In this document: piece by piece, positions 45,771 to 55,030 of the stretch
How the letters are laid out: each line of letters starts with the position of its first letter
Numbering within the stretch: the stretch's first letter is position 1
From: a bacterium
GTDB taxonomy: Bacteria; SAR324; XYD2-FULL-50-16
DNA: 64,000 nt
NCBI GenBank assembly: GCA_032250835.1
Contig: JAVVEA010000003.1
Span: forward strand, 185,458-249,457
Reading direction: 5' to 3'
Made by a program: the position numbers and the translations under genes
Notes under the pieces: generated by a model
What the model saw: only the letters and a program-made list of their open reading frames with translations
What the model was told of the DNA's origin: nothing
Database searches by the model: none

Positions 45771-46795
45771 CCATAGGGGTCTTCCCGCTCACCGCGTTGC
45801 AGGCTGGTCAAACGCTGGTAGAGGTCGCTCATGACCGGGCCCGGCTGGTCCGCCTGAGTCCCAATCTGGTGCCAAGTACCGTCGATCAGCAACTTACCAA
45901 TCGGGCTCAAGACCGCCGCGGTCCCGCAGGCGGCCATCTCTTCAATCTCGCCCTGTTCAGCCAAAAAGTCGATGGGGCGTTCTTCAAGGCTAAAACCCAG
46001 CTCTTTTTCGGCCAGCGTCATGATGGCGCGGCGGGTTACCGAAGGCAGGATGCTGGATGATTTTGGCGTGGCGAAGCGCTTGCCCTTGAGCACCATCACA
46101 ATGTTCGCACTGCCCGCTTCTTCTAAGTATTTGCGTTCCTTGGGGTCTAGGTACAAGGCCTCGTTGGCACCCAAAGCCTGGGCCTTGCGGGTCGCCAAGA
46201 GGCCCCCGGCATAGTTGGCCCCGACCTTATAATGCCCCAAGCCCAAAGGCGCGGCGCGGTCGATGTCGATTACTGCGAGGCTGATCACGTTCAACCCGCC
46301 GCTTTTATAATAAGGACCCACCGGGCTGGCGAAGACCCGGAATTCATATTCCGGTGCCGGACGTAGGCCCATGTTCTCTCCAAGTCCCATTAAGATTGGG
46401 CGGATATAAAAAGCAGCGCCCGAGCCGTAGGGCGGTACCCAAGAAAGATTGGAGCGGATCACCGATTCAATGCCTTTCATGAATAGCTCAGTAGGCACCT
46501 TGGGCATCAGTAAGCGCTCGGCGCTTTCTTGCATCCGCTGGTTGTTTAGGTCCGGGCGGAAGAGCAAGATCCGTCCGTCTTGGGCGGTCTGCGCCTTAAG
46601 CCCTTCAAAACAGCTCTGGCCGTAGTGCATGACCGTCGACCCTTCGTGGACAGACATGACCTCATCGGTGACCATCTCCCCTTCGCTCCAGACGCCGTTT
46701 TTATAGGTCGCCTTAAAACGAAAGTCGGTCTTGAGGTATGAGAAGCCCAGGCTTCCCCAGTCTAAATCCTGTTTCTTGGTCGCGTTCATGGTCAC
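45743..46795 (-). CDS. ilvE: Branched-chain amino acid aminotransferase
   Basis: HYGQSCFEGLKA, LFRPD.N, YIRP, KVGANYA, EEAGSAN, SILPSVTR, CGTAAV. Confidence 0.95.
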   Translation of the reverse strand: MTMNATKKQDLDWGSLGFSYLKTDFRFKATYKNGVWSEGEMVTDEVMSVHEGSTVMHYGQSCFEGLKAQTAQDGRILLFRPDLNNQRMQESAERLLMPKVPTELFMKGIESVIRSNLSWVPPYGSGAAFYIRPILMGLGENMGLRPAPEYEFRVFASPVGPYYKSGGLNVISLAVIDIDRAAPLGLGHYKVGANYAGGLLATRKAQALGANEALYLDPKERKYLEEAGSANIVMVLKGKRFATPKSSSILPSVTRRAIMTLAEKELGFSLEERPIDFLAEQGEIEEMAACGTAAVLSPIGKLLIDGTWHQIGTQADQPGPVMSDLYQRLTSLQRGEREDPYGWTYSVKLD

Positions 46796-46802
46796 TAAAC
46801 CG

Positions 46803-47564
46803 CTAAAGGTGGAATAACTTCTGCCATATATTTGGGGCTATGGCGAAAACCCCGGTAGCCAGAGCCAAAAAGGGCCCGAAGGGAATGGCTTGACTTAAGC
46901 CCTGCCGCTTAAAGGCCAACCAACCGCCGCCAATCACCAAACCCAACAAGGAGGAAAGGAAGACAATCGGCAAGATTGCTTGATAGCCCAAGGCAAAGCC
47001 CAACAGGCCCATCAGGCTGGCGTCCCCTTCACCCAGGCCGGGCTTGCCTCGGATCGCCAAAAAGAGGGTGCTGATCCAATGGAACAAACCGGCCCCTACC
47101 AAGAGGCCGATCAAGCCGTCGACCAACCCCGTGGGGTCCACTAACCCATACCAGAGGGCTTGCAGGAAAAGAAGGCCCATAATGGGCAAAGTATATATTT
47201 GACCGCTGATTAAGTCTAGCCAGGAGATCAACAGCAATCCGGCACCTAAGCAGAGCCAGTATAGGCTCAACCAGAAATCCCCGGTCACCCACCAGAGGAT
47301 CAGGGCCGCCAGTCCGGCCAAGGCTTCACTGAAAGGATGCAAGAGCGGGATGGGGGCTGCACAGTGGCGGCAGCGCCCCTTAAGGAGCAGCCAACCCAGC
47401 ACCGGGAAGAGGCCGATGGGGCCGATGGGCTTGGAACAATGGGGGCAGGTCGAGCGCTGGAGCAGGCTGGCCCCAGCCAGCAGGCGCTGGCCGGTGGTCA
47501 AAGCGAAGGAACCCAAAAAAAGGCCCAGAATGCACAGGTAAAGGGCAACGGGCCAAGGGGCCAT
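46803..47564 (-). CDS. pilD: Prepilin peptidase (A24)
   Basis: GSF, RSTCPHC, GRCRHC, GEGD, IPFGPFL. Confidence 0.88.
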   Translation of the reverse strand: MAPWPVALYLCILGLFLGSFALTTGQRLLAGASLLQRSTCPHCSKPIGPIGLFPVLGWLLLKGRCRHCAAPIPLLHPFSEALAGLAALILWWVTGDFWLSLYWLCLGAGLLLISWLDLISGQIYTLPIMGLLFLQALWYGLVDPTGLVDGLIGLLVGAGLFHWISTLFLAIRGKPGLGEGDASLMGLLGFALGYQAILPIVFLSSLLGLVIGGGWLAFKRQGLSQAIPFGPFLALATGVFAIAPNIWQKLFHL

Positions 47565-47565
47565 G

Positions 47566-47784
47566 TTAGCGCAGCGTTTGGAGGATCGCCTCGATCTGGT
47601 CGCGGCCTTCTAGTTTATCTTTTTTGAGGCGGTGCAGCCGGATTTCGTCGTCGTCGCTTAGCCCTTTGGTCTTTTCCATCGACTCCACCTCGGCTTCTAA
47701 GGCGTCGTGCTCTTTCATTAGGCGGTCTAAGTCGTAATTGCTTTTGCGGTGCTGGCTGATCAGTTCTTTATCTTTTGCTTCCAT
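47566..47784 (-). CDS. YdcH/DUF465-family protein
   Basis: L..EH..LE......L...E..L..LKK.KL..RD.I..IL; GGAGG RBS. Confidence 0.8.
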   Translation of the reverse strand: MEAKDKELISQHRKSNYDLDRLMKEHDALEAEVESMEKTKGLSDDDEIRLHRLKKDKLEGRDQIEAILQTLR

Positions 47785-47793
47785 AGGTCCTCC

Positions 47794-49521
47794 TTAGTTG
47801 ATGTGAGCAATCTGTTCGGTGATGTCGCGAACGTAGCGTTCCTTTTGGGCGTCTAGCCCCTGGGCGTCCTTGCCGGTCAGGTTAAAATAAAACTTCACCT
47901 TCGGTTCGGTCCCCGAAGGCCGCAGGGTGATGCGGCTGCCGTCGGCGAGCAGAAAGGCCAATACGTTGGACTTAGGCAGGTCTAACTGGCCCTTGGTTTT
48001 TCCCTGCGCATCCAAGACCACTTGATTTTGGTAGTCCCGGATTTCGTTTAACGCCACCCCGCCGATCTCTTGGGGGGGCTGTTTCCTAAAGTGTAGCAAG
48101 ATTTTTTGGATTTGCTCAGCCCCTTCTTTGCCTTTATAGGTCTGGGTCAATAATTCGTCGCTATGGTAGCCGAACTGTTGGTGCAACTCGTCCAGCCGCA
48201 CCATCACGGTCTTGCCTTGGGCCTTGAGGGTGGCGGCCATTTCGGCGAAGATCATGCAAGCGCTGACCGCGTCTTTGTCGCGGACAAAGTCGCCGAATAG
48301 ATAGCCATGGCTTTCTTCGGTACCAAAGACATAGGTCTCACCGGGCTGAGTCTCTAACTCCGCCATCACGGCGCCAATATACTTAAAGCCCGTCAAGACC
48401 TCATGGGTCTTTAAGCCCTTGGCTTGGGCGATTTTCGCGCCTAAGGTGCTGGTGACGATGGTGGTGATGTAGTGCCCGCTTTGGGGCAATTTGCCTGCCG
48501 TGACCAGCGCCTCTAAATAAAAATCCAGCAGCAATTGACCGATTTGATTTCCGTTGAGCCGTAGCCACTCGCCATTCTGGCGGACCATCGCGCCGATCCG
48601 GTCGGCGTCGGGGTCGGTAGCTAAGATCAATTGATCTTCGGGTCCGGCGGTTTTGACCGCCTCTTCCATGGCCGCCCCTTCTTCGGGGTTCGGGTAGGCC
48701 ACGGTGGGGAACTCACCGTCGGGCAGTTCTTGGCTGGGTACTACGGTGACCCGCTCGAATCCGGCTCGCTTGAGCGCCTCACGCACCGGCAGGTTGCCTG
48801 CCCCGTGCAGCGGTGTATAGACCACCCCAAAGTCTTTATAGTCCTTCACATCGCCTAAAGACAATTCCATCACCCGGCGGTAATAGGCCTCGTCTACCCC
48901 TTCACCGATGATCTCGATTTTTCCTTCTTTGACGGCCTGATCAAAGTCCAGGGTCTTTAAGGAGGACCAATCGGTGATTCCGTTGACCCGGTCGATGATC
49001 CCTTGATCATGCGGGGCGGTGACCTGACAGCCATCGTCCCAACTGACTTTATAGCCGTTGTATTCGGGCGGGTTGTGGCTGGCGGTGACCACGATTCCGG
49101 CGGTGGCCTTAAGGTGGCGTACCGCAAAGGAGAGCATGGGGGTCGGGCGTAGGCTGTCGAAGAGATAGACCTTAATCCCGTTGGCCGCCAAGACGCTGGC
49201 CGATTCGCGCGAAAACTGATCGGACATACGGCGGCAGTCGTAAGCGATCACCACCGAAGCGTTGCGGATGCCTGCTTGGGCCAGATAGTCCGCCAATCCT
49301 TGGTTGGCACGGCGTACGGTATAAATGTTCATCCGGTTGCTGCCCGCCCCTAAGATACCCCGCAAACCGCCGGTACCAAATTCTAGGTCCTTATAAAAGC
49401 GGTCGGTCAGTTCTTTTTCGTCACCCGCATCGATCAGGGCCTTGATCTCGGCCTTGAAGGCGGCGTCAAAGGCGGGCTCGTTCGCCCAAGCCTGGGCGGT
49501 TTGGAGAATTTGGGGGTCCAT
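47794..49521 (-). CDS. pgm: Phosphoglucomutase/phosphomannomutase
   Basis: FGTGGLRG, TASHNP, DPDADR, TGFK, EESHG, RPSGTEPK; start MDPQ after AGGAG. Confidence 0.93.
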   Translation of the reverse strand: MDPQILQTAQAWANEPAFDAAFKAEIKALIDAGDEKELTDRFYKDLEFGTGGLRGILGAGSNRMNIYTVRRANQGLADYLAQAGIRNASVVIAYDCRRMSDQFSRESASVLAANGIKVYLFDSLRPTPMLSFAVRHLKATAGIVVTASHNPPEYNGYKVSWDDGCQVTAPHDQGIIDRVNGITDWSSLKTLDFDQAVKEGKIEIIGEGVDEAYYRRVMELSLGDVKDYKDFGVVYTPLHGAGNLPVREALKRAGFERVTVVPSQELPDGEFPTVAYPNPEEGAAMEEAVKTAGPEDQLILATDPDADRIGAMVRQNGEWLRLNGNQIGQLLLDFYLEALVTAGKLPQSGHYITTIVTSTLGAKIAQAKGLKTHEVLTGFKYIGAVMAELETQPGETYVFGTEESHGYLFGDFVRDKDAVSACMIFAEMAATLKAQGKTVMVRLDELHQQFGYHSDELLTQTYKGKEGAEQIQKILLHFRKQPPQEIGGVALNEIRDYQNQVVLDAQGKTKGQLDLPKSNVLAFLLADGSRITLRPSGTEPKVKFYFNLTGKDAQGLDAQKERYVRDITEQIAHIN

Positions 49522-49528
49522 GGGTCTC

Positions 49529-49978
49529 CTAGGATTCAGAGGTGTTTTGGGTAAAGTCTTGGGCCACTTTTTGGGCCGAGGCAAAGGCCTCGGGGCGCAC
49601 TAAAATCTCCATCGGCAGCCCACCTAAGTTCGGCAGCAAGGCCGAACTGTGGCGGTTGGCCACCTGGGTTTCGATGCCCTTTGAATCAAGCAGACTGGTC
49701 AAAAGCCCCACCTCGGCAAAGTCGTTGCTGCGGAATAGGGTCACCCAATTGGGCTGGGGTTTGGTCTTTTTTTCCTTATCTGCTCGGTATTGGTGCAGGT
49801 CCACCACCTTATCGGAACTGCGGTGGAGTTGCTGTCGGCGGTTGTCTTGCAGGCGGACCACCAAGGCCCAAGCACCCAGGTATTCCAAGGCGGCGATCCA
49901 ACCGGGGAGGTCGGGTCCATAGAGCAGCAACAAAATATGAAGCGCCCAACTGATCAATAGCGCCCAGAGCAAATGCAT
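49529..49978 (-). CDS. Membrane protein with DUF2007 domain
   Basis: Two N-terminal TMs; W..L......E..L..SLL...GI.......G.....I.V....A..A. Confidence 0.7.
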   Translation of the reverse strand: MHLLWALLISWALHILLLLYGPDLPGWIAALEYLGAWALVVRLQDNRRQQLHRSSDKVVDLHQYRADKEKKTKPQPNWVTLFRSNDFAEVGLLTSLLDSKGIETQVANRHSSALLPNLGGLPMEILVRPEAFASAQKVAQDFTQNTSES

Positions 49979-49981
49979 CGG

Positions 49982-51862
49982 TTATAGCTTTGCGTAAAAT
50001 TCTTTGATGGAAGCCACCATGGATTCCAAATCCAAACCTGCCTCGGCCAGTTGTTCGTCTCTGGTCGCATGTTCATAAAACTGATCGGCTAGACCCAGGT
50101 TTAAGCAGGGCTTATAGACCCCACGCCGGGCCAACATCTCCATCACCCCGGCCCCGAAGCCCCCGGCGATGGCGTTTTCTTCTATCGTGACTATCCCTTT
50201 GGCCGGGGCTAATTGGGCTAAAATCAATGCTTCGTCTAAGGGTTTGACGAACCGGGCGTTGATCAACCCTGCCTTGATTCCAGCGGTCTCTAAAGCCGCC
50301 AGGACCTGCTGGCAGGGCGCTACCATCGATCCAGCGGCCACCAAGAGCAGGTCCGTCCCCGCTTGGATCAACTCACCTTTGCCCCAATCGAGCAAAGGGG
50401 CCTCGCTGGGGTTTTCGTAAAAGTCGCTGCTGTTCGCCCGGGGGAAGCGCAATGCCGAGGGCCCTTGGTCGTATTGGTGCAACATGCGCATCATCGATTG
50501 CAGCTCTTTGCCGTCTTTGGGGGCTAAAATCGCCATGCCCGGAATCATCCGCAGATAACTCAGGTCCAAGACCCCGTGGTGGGTCGCCCCATCAGCCCCG
50601 ACAAACCCGGCACGGTCTAGGATAAACCGAACGGGTAGGCCTTGCAAGGCAACGTCATGGGCAATATGGTCCACCGCCCGTTGCAAGAAGGTCGAATAGA
50701 CCACCACAAAGGGCTTGATTCCCTGAGCAGCCAAACCTCCCGCAAAGGTAACGGCGTGCCCTTCGGCAATGCCCACGTCAAAGATGCGTTTTTCAAATTT
50801 TTTCTGGATCCGGGCGAGCCCCGTATTGCCCAGCATAGCTGCCGAGATGGCCACCACCTCGGGGTCCTGGTCCATCAACTGCTCGATGGCTTCGCTGAAT
50901 AGGTTGGTGTTGCTTTTGCCCAGTTCGGTCTTCGTGATGGGCTTGCCGGTGATCGGCTCGAAGGCTCCTACACCGTGGTAGCTCAGCGCGTCGCCCTCGG
51001 CGGGTTGGTATCCCTTACCTTTTTGGGTGGCTACGTGGATCAAGATCGGCCCCTTGATGTTCTTGGTTACCTTCAAGGTACTGACCAAGTCACCGATGTT
51101 GTGGCCGTCTACCTGACCAAAGTAGCGGAAGTTGAGGTTCTCGAACCAGACGCCATGGGTAAAGAAGGCCATGAAGCTGTCGTTGATCCGCTTAAAGGTC
51201 TGGTGGATCGCCTTGGGCAAGAAACCGTCGTCCGAATGTTTGGTGATCTCGTTGCGGATCAGGTTAAAGGATTTACTGGCCGAAATGTTGATGATCGTCT
51301 TGGACAGGGCCCCGACCACCGGGTCGATGGACATTTCGTTGTCGTTTAAAATGACGATCAGGTTTTCGTCCAAATGCCCCGCATGGTTCAAGGCCTCAAA
51401 GGCCAAACCGCCGGTCATCGCCCCATCCCCGATGACCGCGATGCAGTTGTGGTTTTGACCCTTTAGGTCGCGGGCTACTGCAAAGCCCAAACTGGCCGAG
51501 ATGGAGGTGCTGGCGTGCCCGGCCCCGAAGTGGTCGTAGGGGCTTTCATCGCGGTTTAAGAACTTGGAGATGCCGCCCTTCTGGCCCAACTCTTCTAAGC
51601 GGTCCTTGCGGCCCGTTAGCAGTTTGTAGGTATAGCCCTGGTGCCCGACATCGAAAACCACTGGGTCCACGGCGAAGTCAAAGACCTTGGCCAAGGCGAT
51701 GGTCAATTCGACTGCGCCGAGCGAAGAAGCCAAATGGCCGCCCGTGCGGCTGACTACGTCGATGATGTGGGCCCGGCACTCTTCGGCCAGCGTTTCTAAC
51801 TTAGAGATCGAAAAGGATTGGATCGATTTCGGATCGGATATTTGGTCCAGCAGCTGGGTCAT
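49982..51862 (-). CDS. dxs: 1-deoxy-D-xylulose-5-phosphate synthase
   Basis: GGHLASSLG, DVGHQ, GHASTS, GDGAMTGG.AFEALN, NDNEMSI, DVGIAE, YSTFLQRA, DRAG.VGADG.TH. Confidence 0.97.
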   Translation of the reverse strand: MTQLLDQISDPKSIQSFSISKLETLAEECRAHIIDVVSRTGGHLASSLGAVELTIALAKVFDFAVDPVVFDVGHQGYTYKLLTGRKDRLEELGQKGGISKFLNRDESPYDHFGAGHASTSISASLGFAVARDLKGQNHNCIAVIGDGAMTGGLAFEALNHAGHLDENLIVILNDNEMSIDPVVGALSKTIINISASKSFNLIRNEITKHSDDGFLPKAIHQTFKRINDSFMAFFTHGVWFENLNFRYFGQVDGHNIGDLVSTLKVTKNIKGPILIHVATQKGKGYQPAEGDALSYHGVGAFEPITGKPITKTELGKSNTNLFSEAIEQLMDQDPEVVAISAAMLGNTGLARIQKKFEKRIFDVGIAEGHAVTFAGGLAAQGIKPFVVVYSTFLQRAVDHIAHDVALQGLPVRFILDRAGFVGADGATHHGVLDLSYLRMIPGMAILAPKDGKELQSMMRMLHQYDQGPSALRFPRANSSDFYENPSEAPLLDWGKGELIQAGTDLLLVAAGSMVAPCQQVLAALETAGIKAGLINARFVKPLDEALILAQLAPAKGIVTIEENAIAGGFGAGVMEMLARRGVYKPCLNLGLADQFYEHATRDEQLAEAGLDLESMVASIKEFYAKL

Positions 51863-52518
51863 GTAGGGGTATCTGCTTTTTTGATCATGAGGGCCGCCGC
51901 GTCGCGTACCAGCGGGCTGGGGTCGTGCTTGCTCAATTGTTCGAGTCGTTCCAACGGTGGCAGCGGACCGATTTTGTCATACAAGCGCAGGCAGTTCAAC
52001 CGAATCATGGGATCTTTATGGTTTATTAGGGCTTTAATCTGCTTGCTCCACTTCGGCTGGTCGCAGGCGAGAAAATATTTTAACGCCGAAAGCAGGATAT
52101 GCTCTTGTAAAAAGGATTCTTCAAAAAGCCCTTCAAAGCCCTTGATGGCGGGCTTTTTGACAAAACGAGCCCACCAAGTGGGTGGCTTGAGGCGTTTGAG
52201 CACCACCGAGGTGAAGTCCGAGCTACCATAGACCGCAAAGGCCTCTAACAGTTCTTGCAGCAAGATCGGATCGTGGCTACGCTCGAACAGGGCCTTTAGC
52301 GGCCCACGGGCGGCATCGCTCTTAAAGCGGGCCAAAGCGCCGATGGCGTGGTTGCGTACCACCGCCTCTTCGCTGGACAGAAGGTCTAAAAAATCGGCCT
52401 CCTTTAATTCGCCCATCTCTTCAAAGCGGATTAGGGCATCATGCGCGCTGCGCCGGGCCGCCGGATCGGTCCCGTTGGCAAGCTGGTCTAAGGCCAGGAG
52501 GTGCTGTTCTTTGAGCAT
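51859..52518 (-). CDS. HEAT-repeat protein
   Basis: Repeats such as DPAARRSA, EAVVRNHAIGAL, DPMIRLNCL, DPSPLVRDAA. Confidence 0.75.
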   Translation of the reverse strand: MLKEQHLLALDQLANGTDPAARRSAHDALIRFEEMGELKEADFLDLLSSEEAVVRNHAIGALARFKSDAARGPLKALFERSHDPILLQELLEAFAVYGSSDFTSVVLKRLKPPTWWARFVKKPAIKGFEGLFEESFLQEHILLSALKYFLACDQPKWSKQIKALINHKDPMIRLNCLRLYDKIGPLPPLERLEQLSKHDPSPLVRDAAALMIKKADTPT

Positions 52519-52616
52519 TCAGTCCCTGTGAATTGACAACTGGGGGTCGAAGTCCTTAAATAGTAGACCTAAGAACCCATTCGTTCAAGTATCTTCAACT
52601 CCGCTCCGGTTCGGCC

Positions 52617-53162
52617 ATGTCCACGCTGGTGACTCTCTCGGCGGTGACCAACGATTCGATCCTCGTCTTTCGGGAACAGGATTATTATTTTGGCATCAGC
52701 CCGGCTGACTTTGGCCCACCTTTTATGCTCGACCAACTTGAAATCGCCCCGACCAACGTGAGCGAGGCGATTTGGTACTACCGTGACAAAGAACCTTTGA
52801 GCGAAGAAGAGGCCGAGGGCATCTTCTTGCACCTCGGGGCGCTTTTTGGTTTGCGGCCCATTGGCTTCGGCTTTCAGGGGATGATCTTCTTAAATGAGCT
52901 GGCTCCGGGGCTGCGCCTCGGCCTCTTTTTAGACAACCTCACCTTCCGCGTGCCCATCTGGGAGGTTCCCAAACGTCTGATAGAGGTCACTTCGAGCGTC
53001 AAACTACCGCCCGAATTGCCGCCTAGAGCGATCCGGCAGGTGATTAGCTACAACCGAAAGCAGGTCTTATTGATTGATCCGGTACGCCTCTCGGAGGTTT
53101 ATCAACTAATCGCCCCCGAACGCATCCGCAATCTGTTGAAGGCTTACCACCAAGAACTTTAG
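52617..53162 (+). CDS. Divergent CheW-like protein
   Basis: ILVF....FGI, LHLGALFG, RLGLFLD.L, P...I.QVI.....VLLIDP.RL follow the CheW strand pattern. Confidence 0.5.
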   Translation: MSTLVTLSAVTNDSILVFREQDYYFGISPADFGPPFMLDQLEIAPTNVSEAIWYYRDKEPLSEEEAEGIFLHLGALFGLRPIGFGFQGMIFLNELAPGLRLGLFLDNLTFRVPIWEVPKRLIEVTSSVKLPPELPPRAIRQVISYNRKQVLLIDPVRLSEVYQLIAPERIRNLLKAYHQEL

Positions 53163-53824
53163 TCGGCCTGCAACCGCGCTTCGATAGCGGCTAGGACTTG
53201 GGGCCGGTCCAAGCGGCTGGTGTCAATCCGGTGCGCGTCGGGCGGGCAGACCAGTGGGGCTAAATCGCGGGTCATGTCTGAATGGTCGCGGTCGTTGATC
53301 TCTTTGACTAAAGCCTCAAAGGTGGGGCCGCTGGTGGGCTGTCCCAACTCCAAGGCTCGGCGTTCGGCACGGATTTTTGGGTCCGCGTCTAAATAAAATT
53401 TGTTTTTACTTTCAGGGAAAACCAAGGTACCAATATCGCGTCCGTCGACGACCACCGAATAAGCCTGGGCCAGTTCACGCATGCTGGCATTGACGTAGTC
53501 TCGGCAGGGCCCAAAGCCCGCCACATAGCGGATTTGGCGGGTTAATTCCGGGTCCCGGATGGCTTGGGTAACCTCTTCGCCATTTAAACGAACCACTTGG
53601 GCATGGGCCTCAAAGGACACTTGAAGGGCCTGGGGCGCTTGGGCAAAGTATTGCGCTATCTGGGCCTCATGGCCCTGGGCTTGGCCAAATTGGCGGATGC
53701 CGTAGAGCGTCAGGGTCCGGTACATCGCGCCTGAGTCGATGTATTCGATGCCTAAACGCTGGGCCAGCATCCGGGCGATGGTGCTTTTGCCCGAACCGGC
53801 GGGACCGTCGAGAGTGATGATCAT
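53159..53824 (-). CDS. cmk: Cytidylate kinase
   Basis: DGPAGSGKST, DSGAMYR, DGRDIGT, RD..D..R..APL. Confidence 0.95.
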   Translation of the reverse strand: MIITLDGPAGSGKSTIARMLAQRLGIEYIDSGAMYRTLTLYGIRQFGQAQGHEAQIAQYFAQAPQALQVSFEAHAQVVRLNGEEVTQAIRDPELTRQIRYVAGFGPCRDYVNASMRELAQAYSVVVDGRDIGTLVFPESKNKFYLDADPKIRAERRALELGQPTSGPTFEALVKEINDRDHSDMTRDLAPLVCPPDAHRIDTSRLDRPQVLAAIEARLQAD

Positions 53825-53902
53825 AAGCTAGCTTTAAATAAGGGTGTTTTGCCGCCCCGCATTTTTTTTGGCTTGAACTTTGTGACCTAAAGGCCCCTAG
53901 CC

Positions 53903-55030
53903 ATGCCCGATATGCCCTTTGTGGGATACCGAAAGATCTTGCACGTCGATATGGACGCTTTTTATGCATCCGTCGAGGTCAAGGACCGGCCCGAACTTAA
54001 GGGCAAACCGGTAATCGTCGGCGGGACGGGCAGCCGTGCGGTGGTCGCCGCAGCTTCTTATGAGGCGCGCCAAAGCGGCGTGCATTCGGCCATGAGTATC
54101 GCCAGGGCCAAAAGGCTTTGCCCGCAAGGCATATATTTGCCACCCCGCTTTGAAAGATACAAGGAAATTTCGGCTCAGTTGAGGGCCATCTTCGACCGCT
54201 ATACGGACTTGATCGAGCCCTTGGCCCTTGACGAGGCCTGGCTGGACGTAACCGCCAACAAACAAAACATCCCCTCGGCCACCTGGGTGGCGACCCATAT
54301 CAAGTGGGACATCGAAAACCAACTGGGCCTCACCAGTTCGGCGGGGGTGAGCTACAATAAATTCCTCGCCAAGATCGCCTCGGGCATCGACAAACCCAAC
54401 GGGCTCTACATCATCACCCCCAAAGATGCCCCCGGTTTTTTAGAGGCCATCCAATTGAGCCGACTGCCCGGCGTGGGGCGTGTGATGTCTGCCAAGCTCA
54501 AGGAAAAGGGGTTAGAATATGGCTACCAACTACTTGAGTGGAATCGTGAAGATCTTCGGGCTCAGTTTGGCAAATTCGGCAGCCAGCTCTTCGACCTGAT
54601 CCGGGGGGTTGATGACCGCCCGGTCAACAACCACCGCGAACGTAAATCGGTGGGAATCGAGCGAACCTTTGGGGTGGACGTGGGCTTCGGTCCTGCCTTG
54701 GACCGGGCCTTAGACGGGCTGCTGCGTGGCCTGTTCGAGCGGGTTAAAAAACAAGGGGCTAAGGGGCGGACCTTGACGCTAAAGGCCAAATTTGCGGACT
54801 TTAAACAGGTGACCCGTAGCGCTAGTCAGTCCAAACCCTTGAGCCAGGCCAAAATGCGCCAGCTAGCTCAAGAAAAGTTGGCCCAACTAGCAGCCCAATA
54901 CCCTAAAGACCACCTACGGCTATTGGGGCTGAGTCTGTCGGGCTTTGAGGGGGAACCCAAAACCTCCCCGAATGAACAATTGTATTTACTCGACCAATTC
55001 CGCGAAACCTCCAACAGCGAAGCCGATTGA
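53903..55030 (+). CDS. dinB: DNA polymerase IV
   Basis: HVDMDAFYASVE, ASYEAR, LDEAWLD, NKFLAKIAS..DKPNG, RKSVG.E.TF. Confidence 0.96.
   Translation: MPDMPFVGYRKILHVDMDAFYASVEVKDRPELKGKPVIVGGTGSRAVVAAASYEARQSGVHSAMSIARAKRLCPQGIYLPPRFERYKEISAQLRAIFDRYTDLIEPLALDEAWLDVTANKQNIPSATWVATHIKWDIENQLGLTSSAGVSYNKFLAKIASGIDKPNGLYIITPKDAPGFLEAIQLSRLPGVGRVMSAKLKEKGLEYGYQLLEWNREDLRAQFGKFGSQLFDLIRGVDDRPVNNHRERKSVGIERTFGVDVGFGPALDRALDGLLRGLFERVKKQGAKGRTLTLKAKFADFKQVTRSASQSKPLSQAKMRQLAQEKLAQLAAQYPKDHLRLLGLSLSGFEGEPKTSPNEQLYLLDQFRETSNSEAD

Noticed and set aside
53824-53903. LexA/SOS box upstream of dinB
   Set aside because: No recognisable palindrome matching the LexA boxes I know.
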